Source: Bacilli bacterium
GTDB lineage: Bacteria; Bacillota_I; Bacilli_A; RFN20; CAG-826
Reading direction: 5' to 3'
DNA: 64,000 nt
NCBI GenBank assembly: GCA_045597865.1
Contig: JAZLKX010000025.1
Coordinates: forward strand, 32,001 to 96,000
The notes beneath the pieces were generated by a model. The model saw only the letters and a list, made by a program, of their open reading frames with translations. It made no database searches and was not told the origin of the DNA. Shown here in pieces: positions 29,546 through 38,169 of the stretch. The stretch's first letter is position 1. Each line of letters opens with the position of its first letter. The position numbers and the translations under genes were made by a program.

Positions 29546-30961
29546 ATGGGAAAACATGGCGTTTTACTTGCAGTATCTTCCTTACCAGGAAAATATGGCG
29601 TTGGAGACTTCTCTGACGAAGCATTCAAATTTGTTGACATGCTTGCTAACCACAAAGTTGATTTATGGCAAATTTTGCCATTAAATCCAATTGGTTACGG
29701 ACATAGTCCATATCAACCATTTTCATCTTATGCTTTTGATGAAATTTATATTTCAATTGAAGATCTCCAAAAGAGACATTTACTTGGTCGTGTAAACAAA
29801 GTCAGAGCGCGTTCAATGGCTGATTATGAAAAGGCAAGATACATTAAGGAACAAGCAATTTGGAAAGCGTTTGAAGTCTTCAAACAAAATCCAAAGAATA
29901 TGGCAAAACTTGATAAATTTATCAAGGAGAATCCGTACATTGAAGAATACGCAGCATTTATTACATTAAAAGAATTTAATTGTGGTTATTCATGGAATGA
30001 ATGGAGATTTTTTGAAAAAGATAGACCAGAAGATTTTAAATATTTAAAAACAAAACACGCTTTTGCCCAAATGATTTTAACTGAAGAATGGAACAAAATT
30101 AGAGCTTACGCTAATAAACGTAACATTAAAATTATTGGTGATGTTCCTTTCTATGTTGGTTATGACTCAAGCGATGTTTATTTCCATAGAGAATCCTTCA
30201 TGTTAGATAGAGAAAATAAACCAACATGTATTGCTGGTGTACCACCAGATTACTTTAGCAAAGATGGACAAAGATGGGGCAATCCAATCTGGAATTGGGA
30301 TTACCTTTATGAACATGATTTCAAGGCAATGATGGATAGAATTTTCTTTGCAAGTAAGTTCTATGACATTATTCGTCTTGACCACTTCAGAGCATTCGAT
30401 TCATATTGGGCAATTAATCCAGCATGTCCAACAGCAGTTGATGGAGAATGGCGTTATCCAGACGGATATAGATTCTTCAGACGTTTCTTTGAAAAATATC
30501 CAGATATTCAACTTATAGTTGAAGATTTAGGAGATTTACGTCCTGAAGTTTTATATCTAAGAGACACATTCATGCTCGCAGGAATGAGAGAAATTGAATT
30601 TACAATTTGGGATGACGAATTCAACAACAAACACATTGAACGCGAGAACCAAGTTTACTACACATCTACACACGATAACGAAACTCTCGCACAATGGATT
30701 GCAACTCTTTCAAAAGATGAAAAAGTTAAGCTTAATAACAGAATGAATGAACTTGGACTTACTGGTAAAAACCTTTGCGAAAAGCTCATTAAATACGCTT
30801 ACCGTAGACAAGAAAGAATTGTCATCGCATCTGTTTCAGATATTTTAAATTTAAACAAAACACATCGTATGAATGTTCCAGGAATCGTTAACGATGTTAA
30901 CTGGAGATTCAAACTTCAAGGATTTAGACAACTTGGAAAACAATTATCAAAATTTTTCTAA
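29546..30961 (+). CDS. malQ: 4-alpha-glucanotransferase (amylomaltase, GH77)
   Basis: WQILPLNP, SPY, GVPPDYFS, RLDHFR, EDLG, THDN, RMNVPG. Confidence 0.96.
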   Translation: MGKHGVLLAVSSLPGKYGVGDFSDEAFKFVDMLANHKVDLWQILPLNPIGYGHSPYQPFSSYAFDEIYISIEDLQKRHLLGRVNKVRARSMADYEKARYIKEQAIWKAFEVFKQNPKNMAKLDKFIKENPYIEEYAAFITLKEFNCGYSWNEWRFFEKDRPEDFKYLKTKHAFAQMILTEEWNKIRAYANKRNIKIIGDVPFYVGYDSSDVYFHRESFMLDRENKPTCIAGVPPDYFSKDGQRWGNPIWNWDYLYEHDFKAMMDRIFFASKFYDIIRLDHFRAFDSYWAINPACPTAVDGEWRYPDGYRFFRRFFEKYPDIQLIVEDLGDLRPEVLYLRDTFMLAGMREIEFTIWDDEFNNKHIERENQVYYTSTHDNETLAQWIATLSKDEKVKLNNRMNELGLTGKNLCEKLIKYAYRRQERIVIASVSDILNLNKTHRMNVPGIVNDVNWRFKLQGFRQLGKQLSKFF

Positions 30962-30968
30962 TTAAATT

Positions 30969-33506
30969 ATGCCGTTAAGAAATACCTATAGAGAATGTAT
31001 TCAAATACATTACCAAAGAGATGATTCCGATTATAAAAATTGGGCTCTTTGGTTATGGGAATTTCCTCAAGGAAACGGTAAAGAATACCAATTTACCGGA
31101 AGAGATGAATATGGTGTTTTTGCAAACCTTCCTTTAACAACTTGGTCTTACTTAGTAAGAACCAACAACCTTGGTTTAATCATTAAATCTAAGGGAACTT
31201 GGAACGAAAAAGACGGTCCAGATAGAGTGATTAAATTTTCTAAATTGCATCACGACAAATTTGGTATTTATCATGTTTATCTAAAAGATGATTTGGATGA
31301 TGTTTTTGATAATCAAGAATTAGAAAAATCCAATATTATTAACTATGCAAGATTTGTAGACTTTACTTCATTTGAAGTTAAAACAAGTGACATTTTCCAA
31401 GAATTTTCAATTTATAAAAATAAACAATTCTTCAAAAATGTTAAACTTGCAAAACCTGTAAAAGAAACAGTTTACGAAATTAACAAAGATGTTGATATTA
31501 GTTTCGAAGATCTTTATGAAGTAGAAATTAACTTCTATGAAACCAAAAAAACTTCAAGAGAACCAATTACTCACAGTTTGCTTTACAGAACTAAAAAGTT
31601 TGAGAAAATGTACGAATATAATGGAGAATTAGGGGCTATTTACACAAAGAAGGCAACAACCTTTAAGGTTTGGTCTCCTGTCTCTAGTTCCATTATTTTA
31701 AGGCTTTATAATAAAGGAACACCAAGATACATTCTTGGCAAAAAAGGAATTGATAAACCATTTAGAGAAATTCCAATGGCAAAAGATGAACATGGTGTTT
31801 TTTCAACAACTGTTCATAAAAATTTAGAAGGTAAGTATTATACTTACGTTGTTACAAATGCACTTCATGAAAAATCTGAGGTAGTTGATCCATACGCAAA
31901 ATCTACAGGTGTTAATGGATTAAGAGGAATGATTGTTAATTTTGATAGAACAAATCCTACTGGATTTAAAGAAATTGAGATTAATCCTGTTAACCCAAAA
32001 CATTTAACAATTTATGAGACTCATATTGCTGACATTACTTCTTCAAGTACCTGGACTAATGTTAAGAAATTTAGAAAACTCGAAAAAACCTTCTTAGGCG
32101 CTTGTTTAGAAGGTACAACTTATAGTGAAAACGGTAAAACCGTTTCTACTGGTTTCGATCATATTAAAGAACTTGGTGTAAATGCTGTTGAACTTCTTCC
32201 GATTTTTGACCAAGCAAATGATGAAATTCATCCTACATTTAACTGGGGTTATAACCCAATTAACTACAATACTTTAGAGGGTGCTTATTCCACAAATCCA
32301 TTTAATGGTTATACTAGAATTCGTGAGTTCAAAGAACTCGTTAAGAAATATCATGATAATGGAATGAACATCATAATGGATGTTGTTTTTAACCATATGA
32401 ATGGTGCTCCAGGAAGTAACTTTGATGTTATTATGCCTGGTTATTATTTCAGATATCATCACAACGGAACATTATCAAATGGATCTGGTTGTGGTAACGA
32501 AACTGCATCTGAACTTCCAATGATGAGAAAGTTCATGATTGACTCAGTAATGTTTTTCGCAAAAGAGTACAAACTAGGTGGATTTAGATTCGACTTAATG
32601 GGCCTTCATGATTTGGACACAATGGAAGAATTATCCAGGAATTTGAAGGATTTTAACAAAAATATCGTGATTTTTGGTGAACCTTGGTGTGGTGGAGGAA
32701 GCGCTCTTCCATTCAAAGATAGCGCAGTTCAATACAACATTCCTAAGTTTAAAGGTTATGGTGCTTTTAATGATAAAATCAGAGAATCATTAGTCCATTT
32801 AAATAATGAACCAACTTATACAGGGTGGTGTGCAAATAGTAAATTCTTACCAAATGAAGGTGAAACTGCTCAAGTCGCTGCAGCAGTTAAAGGCATGATT
32901 TTTGGAATGGGCGAAGGATTTGATGATCCAAATACACAAGTTAACTATGTTACTTGCCATGATAATCACACAATGTACGATAAACTCAAAGCTTCTAATT
33001 TTAAAGATGAAGCTGAGATTAAAAAGGTTTCAACTCTTGCTCACTCAATTATTTTCACTTCAAACGGTATTTCGTTTATGCTTGGAGGTGAAGAATTCCT
33101 TAGAACAAAGGGTGGCTGCGAAAACTCATATAATGCTCCATACGAAGTAAATGCTTTAGATTATTCTTTAAAAATAAAGAATTATGATATGTTTAAGACT
33201 TTCCAAAAATTAATTAAATTTAAACAAAGTGTTTATGAATTAGCTCTCGAAAAAGGTCTTAACAACTTACTTAAAGTAGATTCAGAAGATTTGAATTTAA
33301 TTTCTTATTCTTTAGCAGACAAAGACACAAATAGACTTTATTTAGTATTCCACGTTAATGGTTATAGAAATGGTGGAGCACACATTGTTGATTTAAGTGG
33401 CTACAAACTTTATCTTGATACAATCAATTCTCATAAATCTTTAGGAGCTAAAACTTCTTTAGTTCCATACGAAACATTAATTTGTTACAAAGAAAGAAAT
33501 GAATAG
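30969..33506 (+). CDS. pulA: Type I pullulanase / debranching enzyme (GH13) with N-terminal CBM41-like domain and no signal peptide
   Basis: IHYQR..W.LWLW N-terminal domain; FNWGYNP, NGSGCGN, GFRFDLMG, GEPW, CHDN. Confidence 0.92.
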   Translation: MPLRNTYRECIQIHYQRDDSDYKNWALWLWEFPQGNGKEYQFTGRDEYGVFANLPLTTWSYLVRTNNLGLIIKSKGTWNEKDGPDRVIKFSKLHHDKFGIYHVYLKDDLDDVFDNQELEKSNIINYARFVDFTSFEVKTSDIFQEFSIYKNKQFFKNVKLAKPVKETVYEINKDVDISFEDLYEVEINFYETKKTSREPITHSLLYRTKKFEKMYEYNGELGAIYTKKATTFKVWSPVSSSIILRLYNKGTPRYILGKKGIDKPFREIPMAKDEHGVFSTTVHKNLEGKYYTYVVTNALHEKSEVVDPYAKSTGVNGLRGMIVNFDRTNPTGFKEIEINPVNPKHLTIYETHIADITSSSTWTNVKKFRKLEKTFLGACLEGTTYSENGKTVSTGFDHIKELGVNAVELLPIFDQANDEIHPTFNWGYNPINYNTLEGAYSTNPFNGYTRIREFKELVKKYHDNGMNIIMDVVFNHMNGAPGSNFDVIMPGYYFRYHHNGTLSNGSGCGNETASELPMMRKFMIDSVMFFAKEYKLGGFRFDLMGLHDLDTMEELSRNLKDFNKNIVIFGEPWCGGGSALPFKDSAVQYNIPKFKGYGAFNDKIRESLVHLNNEPTYTGWCANSKFLPNEGETAQVAAAVKGMIFGMGEGFDDPNTQVNYVTCHDNHTMYDKLKASNFKDEAEIKKVSTLAHSIIFTSNGISFMLGGEEFLRTKGGCENSYNAPYEVNALDYSLKIKNYDMFKTFQKLIKFKQSVYELALEKGLNNLLKVDSEDLNLISYSLADKDTNRLYLVFHVNGYRNGGAHIVDLSGYKLYLDTINSHKSLGAKTSLVPYETLICYKERNE

Positions 33507-34290
33507 CAAAATAACAACTGGACATCTAGACATTGTTGAACTCCCTTTTTCAAGCATGAAAAGAGTAGTGAGAATTTGGACTCCAAGTGATTATAACAAA
33601 GACAGAAAATATCCTGTCATCTATATGCATGACGGTCAAAATATCTTTAACTTTTTTGATAAAAGTATGGAGATGTGGAACCTCAACGAAATGGTTTCAG
33701 ATTGCATTATTGTTGGAGTAGATCACGGTGGTGTAAAAAGAATAGATGAACTCTCTCCAAAAGCATGGACAAAATATGGTAAAAATGCACCTTATGTTTG
33801 TAGGCCTTGTGGAGAAGAATATTGTGACTTTTTAGTGAACACAGTCATGAAATATGTGAACGAAAATTATAGTACAAAACAAGGCAGAGAATTCACATCA
33901 ATAGGTGGTTCATCGATGGGCGGAATTATGTCGCTTTATATTGCACTTACCTACAAAGAAATCTTTGGAAAAGCTTACGTCTTCTCTCCAGCATTTAAAG
34001 TGTATTCTGCAGGTTTTTTTGAGAAATTTCTCCAGGAAAACCCGCTTATTTTAGAAAATTTGCCTTACCTTTACATTGCTTCTGGAGGCACTCACGGAGC
34101 TGAAAGAAAAGGCTCTGGTGGAGATGAATCAATCATCGCAAAATATGTTCCATACATTAAAGAAGAACTCACAAAAAGAGGCTATCCAAAAGAGAAAATT
34201 GAAACCAAAATTTTAGAGGGCAGAGTTCACCACGAAACTACTTGGAGAGAGTTGTTTCCAAGTGCCTACAAATGGTTAGAAAATAAATAA
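33499..34290 (+). CDS. Alpha/beta-hydrolase family putative esterase
   Basis: YPVIYMHDGQN, GSSMGG nucleophile elbow, C-terminal HHETTW. Confidence 0.88.
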   Translation: MNSKITTGHLDIVELPFSSMKRVVRIWTPSDYNKDRKYPVIYMHDGQNIFNFFDKSMEMWNLNEMVSDCIIVGVDHGGVKRIDELSPKAWTKYGKNAPYVCRPCGEEYCDFLVNTVMKYVNENYSTKQGREFTSIGGSSMGGIMSLYIALTYKEIFGKAYVFSPAFKVYSAGFFEKFLQENPLILENLPYLYIASGGTHGAERKGSGGDESIIAKYVPYIKEELTKRGYPKEKIETKILEGRVHHETTWRELFPSAYKWLENK

Positions 34291-34291
34291 G

Positions 34292-34322
34292 AAAATGCGA
34301 ACCAAATTTGACTCGCATTTTT
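34292..34322. terminator. Bidirectional terminator
   Basis: AAAATGCGA...TCGCATTTT between convergent genes. Confidence 0.65.
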
Positions 34323-34323
34323 C

Positions 34324-34755
34324 TTATAATAATTTGTCTATTTCGTCTTCGCTATAGACTTCAATTCCTTTTGATTTTAGAAGCTTAGCGGTGACTCCCA
34401 TTCCTGGAATCAAACGATCCATGAAGTAACCATTATGAATCATATGAGTTCCGCAACTTGGAGAATTTTCCTTAAGTACTGCCTTTGTAATTCCAAGGTA
34501 TTGGCAGAGCATCAATGCTTTGTTAGCGCCTGTCTCGAAATTTTTTGTAACATTTGTTCCGTCTTTCATAACGACTTGGCTGCCTTTGATCTCGCTAGGA
34601 TTTCTAGGGCATTTAAGTCCGCCTTCCATTTCTGGACAGAACAAAACTAGCTCATATTTTTCTTTGAGTTTTTCTACATCAGGATGATATTTTCCCTGAC
34701 CTTTGTAATTACATTTTTCGCCTACTAAACAAGCACTAATCAATATTTTTTGCAT
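34324..34755 (-). CDS. DUF523 family protein (TudS-like thiouracil desulfurase)
   Basis: SACL.G, CPE, KENSPSCG motifs. Confidence 0.88.
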   Translation of the reverse strand: MQKILISACLVGEKCNYKGQGKYHPDVEKLKEKYELVLFCPEMEGGLKCPRNPSEIKGSQVVMKDGTNVTKNFETGANKALMLCQYLGITKAVLKENSPSCGTHMIHNGYFMDRLIPGMGVTAKLLKSKGIEVYSEDEIDKLL

Positions 34756-34799
34756 ATCAGTATTTTAACAACAATTATTTTTGTTGTAAAATGTTTAAT

Positions 34800-35420
34800 A
34801 TGGAAAATCCAGCATTTATCTATATCTATAACGGAAAACAATATACTGTTTTCATAACAAAAGGTTTTCAACGTAACATTTACTATAGATATAGAAAAGA
34901 TGGTTTTCATATATCTTGTCCTAAATTAACTACCTTAATCGCAATAAGAAAAGGACTTGATAAATTTGCAGGCAGATTAATTTCTCAATTTGAGAAAAGA
35001 AACTGCAATTATTCTTTTGAAGAAAATTTTATTTATATTCTCGGTGAAAAATATGAACTTAGTCAGTTTCATTTAGAATCTGATAAAGATGTACATGATT
35101 TTCTTATAGAAAAAGCTAAAGTTGTATTTCTTAATTTGGTTCGCAAGAACGAACAATTAATGAAAATTAAAGAACCATACAAAATTAAATTAAAAAATAC
35201 TGGTTCACAATTTGGTTCAAACTCTAAACAAACTCACACTTTATCATTCCAATTCAATTTGATTCACTATAGTGAAGAAATAATTGAATCAGTAGTAATT
35301 CATGAGCTTGCTCATGATTTCTACAGAAACCACCAAGAAGGTTTCTATGAAGTGGTTTATAAATACTGCCCAAGATATAAAGAAATACAGAAGAAACTTA
35401 AGAAAGGAATTCACAAATGA
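34800..35420 (+). CDS. YgjP/DUF45-like HExxH metallohydrolase
   Basis: VIHELAH...NH...FY; ATG at 34800 preferred (7 nt after TAAAAT), alternative ATG at 34791. Confidence 0.8.
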   Translation: MENPAFIYIYNGKQYTVFITKGFQRNIYYRYRKDGFHISCPKLTTLIAIRKGLDKFAGRLISQFEKRNCNYSFEENFIYILGEKYELSQFHLESDKDVHDFLIEKAKVVFLNLVRKNEQLMKIKEPYKIKLKNTGSQFGSNSKQTHTLSFQFNLIHYSEEIIESVVIHELAHDFYRNHQEGFYEVVYKYCPRYKEIQKKLKKGIHK

Positions 35421-36133
35421 TATACGAAATTAAATCAAGACAAAACGATAAGATTAAAGAAGTTGTGAAACTTTCAAATATTAAATCTTCTAAAGAAGCA
35501 AATCTTTTTAAGATTGAAGGATTTCATGCTCTTGAAATGGCTTTAGAAGCAAAGGCTGTTAAATCAGTCTTTACTTGTAAAGAAATAAAAGATTTGCCAT
35601 CTAATATTCCTCAATACATTGTTTCAAAAGAAATAATGGAGAAGATTTCATATGCTAAAAACCCACAAGGAGTTGTTGTGGTGTGTAACTACATTCCAGT
35701 AAGAGCAATAACATCAAATAAAGTTTTGCTTTTAGATGATGTTAGTGATCCTGGAAATGTTGGAACACTTTTAAGAACCGCTTTAGCCTTCGGTTACAAA
35801 GATGTAATTATGCTTGGAGGTTGTTCTCAATACAATGAGAAGGTTCTCCAATCAACTCAAGGCGCAATCTTTAAATTAAATATCGTTAATGATATTGATA
35901 TAAATAGTTTAAAAGACTATGAAATACTCGCTACAGAAATAAAAGGTTCAGTGGAACTTTCTAAAGTTACACCTGGACCTAAACACATCCTTGTGCTTGG
36001 TAACGAAGCACATGGAGTGTCAAATAAAATCCTCTCACTTTCGACTAAGAGGATTAGAATTGATATTTCTGATATCGAATCACTTAACGTTGCTGTTGCA
36101 GGTGCAATTGCAATGTATAAGTTATCTAATTAA
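35417..36133 (+). CDS. TrmH/SpoU family RNA methyltransferase (YsgA-like)
   Basis: DPGNVGTLLRTA, GNEAHG, ESLNVAVA. Confidence 0.93.
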   Translation: MIYEIKSRQNDKIKEVVKLSNIKSSKEANLFKIEGFHALEMALEAKAVKSVFTCKEIKDLPSNIPQYIVSKEIMEKISYAKNPQGVVVVCNYIPVRAITSNKVLLLDDVSDPGNVGTLLRTALAFGYKDVIMLGGCSQYNEKVLQSTQGAIFKLNIVNDIDINSLKDYEILATEIKGSVELSKVTPGPKHILVLGNEAHGVSNKILSLSTKRIRIDISDIESLNVAVAGAIAMYKLSN

Positions 36134-36135
36134 CT

Positions 36136-36489
36136 TTAGTTAATCTTAGAGATAACGTCGAGGTATAATGCCTCGACTTTTTTGTAGGCAGCATTAACTT
36201 CGTCTGGGTTAGCAGTTTTTGCTAAATCTCCACGCATAAGTTCAGTAAGAGTAACTGCTGCGGCGCCAAGTTCTTTGAATGCTAGGTTAAGTGATACACC
36301 TTTTAATGTGTGCGCTTCAAAGAAAGCTTTTTCATAATCATGAGTTTCAATGGCTGCTTTTAAGCCATCAAGTTTTTGAGTTTCTTTGAACTTTAAAACA
36401 AATCTTTCAATTAATGCATCGTTCATTAATCTTGAAAGTGCTTCTTCATAATTACCGCCAATTTCTTCGTAAAATTTCTTAATTTCCAT
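36136..36489 (-). CDS. Stand-alone histidine phosphotransfer (Hpt) protein
   Basis: AHTLKGVSLNL Hpt motif; 117 aa, last gene of the kinase operon. Confidence 0.9.
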   Translation of the reverse strand: MEIKKFYEEIGGNYEEALSRLMNDALIERFVLKFKETQKLDGLKAAIETHDYEKAFFEAHTLKGVSLNLAFKELGAAAVTLTELMRGDLAKTANPDEVNAAYKKVEALYLDVISKIN

Positions 36490-36501
36490 GGGTTTTCTCG
36501 C

Positions 36502-38169
36502 TTATTTGTGATTTTTTAAATAGGTAATAAACTCATCTTCTGGGAGTGGTTTAGAGTAGAAGTAACCTTGAATTGCATCACAATCAAGATCACGATATAA
36601 ATTCTTTTGTTCTTCGGTTTCAATGCCTTCTGCGATTACTTTTGCACCAAGTTCGTGTGCCAATGCGATAACGTGTTTAACAACATCTTTTTGAGCTTCA
36701 AGACGTCTTGCAAAGGTGATATCAAGTTTTAGATAATCCATTGGAATATCACTAATCATGCCAAGGCATGAATAACCAGAACCGAAATCATCAATTTCAA
36801 TTTTAAAACCTTCATCACGAATGATTTTTGCTTTTGCAAGAACTTCAGCAGAGTTACCTGCTAAAGATTCAGTGATTTCAAAATGTAATTGGTCTTTATT
36901 AAAACCATGATATTCAATTGCTTGAGTTAATAGTTTTGGATCTGCAAAAACAGCTAAGTCTCTACGCGATAAGTTAACTGAAATTGGAATTTCTTTTAAT
37001 CCTAACTTTTTGCATTTAGCAAGGAATTCAATGGTTTTTTTAACGATAAACTCGTCTAATTTGGTAATTAAACCAGTTTCTTCAAATGTAGGAATAAAGT
37101 CTCCTGGAGAAATAAAACCAAGTTCTGGATGAATCCATCTAACAAGTGCTTCTGCTCCGACAAGTTCATCGGTCTTGCAGTCATGCTTTGGTTGAATGTA
37201 GATTTTAAAGTCCTCATTTTTGATAGAATCATCCATGTATTCTACAAGTAAGTGTTTATAGTTTTCTTTTTCAATAATTGTTTTATCAAAGAAGATAATA
37301 CTTCCTTCAGACTTAGCATTATTAGAATGGTAAGTGGTGAAGAGTTTGTTCATTAAATTATTGGTGGATAAGTTCTTATCAACGTTTTCATAGACAATAT
37401 GTTTCAAAGAAACATTTGGAATAGGTGAGACTTCAGAAAGTTCCTTTTCAATTTCTTTGATAATTGGTTTGTAATCAACTTCTGAGTTAATGACGAATGC
37501 TAAGTTGTCTCCGCCATAACGAGCCATTGCCAAAGCATCGTTTCCGTATTTTTGGAATATTGAACCCATGACTTTAAGAAGTTTATCGCAATCATCTTCA
37601 CCATAAGTGGTGTTCATATAAGTGAAATCTTGGATGATACATAAAATGTATGTTAAATCTACATCTGCTTTTTTAAGTACGTTATCAGAGATGTAGTGGA
37701 AGAATTCTCTATTAATCAAACCAGTCTTTTGATCAAGTCTAGTTTCTAAGATTGCACCAATAGATGCTTTTAATCTAATTAAAGCCTCAACTCTTTTTAA
37801 AATAACATTTGGTTTATATGGTTTTGTGACGAAATCGGAAGCACCTTTTTCTAAGGCGTGTTCTTCTTCATCTCCTTCGGAGGTTGTTACAATAACAGGG
37901 ATTTTCTTGTAATCTTCATGTTTGTTGAACTCATCTAAAAAGCCATAGCCGTCAAGCACTGGCATTTGGATGTCTAATAAAATTAATGAAATGAAATCTT
38001 TGTTGTTCTTTAAAACATCAAGACCTTCTTTACCATTTGTGGCTTCTAAGACAATATATTTTTCTTCAAGAATCGATTTTAAAATTTCTCTATTAATGTC
38101 ATTGTCTTCGACAACTAATACAGTTTTCTTAAGATTGAATAAGTCTTGTTCGCTTCGAAACGCTGTCAT
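36502..38169 (-). CDS. REC - degenerate GGDEF - EAL protein (c-di-GMP phosphodiesterase response regulator)
   Basis: REC (VVEDN, LLDIQMP, TKP); GGDNL in place of GGDEF; EAL with EALVRW, DDFGSGYS, EGIET, QGYFYSKP. Confidence 0.92.
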   Translation of the reverse strand: MTAFRSEQDLFNLKKTVLVVEDNDINREILKSILEEKYIVLEATNGKEGLDVLKNNKDFISLILLDIQMPVLDGYGFLDEFNKHEDYKKIPVIVTTSEGDEEEHALEKGASDFVTKPYKPNVILKRVEALIRLKASIGAILETRLDQKTGLINREFFHYISDNVLKKADVDLTYILCIIQDFTYMNTTYGEDDCDKLLKVMGSIFQKYGNDALAMARYGGDNLAFVINSEVDYKPIIKEIEKELSEVSPIPNVSLKHIVYENVDKNLSTNNLMNKLFTTYHSNNAKSEGSIIFFDKTIIEKENYKHLLVEYMDDSIKNEDFKIYIQPKHDCKTDELVGAEALVRWIHPELGFISPGDFIPTFEETGLITKLDEFIVKKTIEFLAKCKKLGLKEIPISVNLSRRDLAVFADPKLLTQAIEYHGFNKDQLHFEITESLAGNSAEVLAKAKIIRDEGFKIEIDDFGSGYSCLGMISDIPMDYLKLDITFARRLEAQKDVVKHVIALAHELGAKVIAEGIETEEQKNLYRDLDCDAIQGYFYSKPLPEDEFITYLKNHK

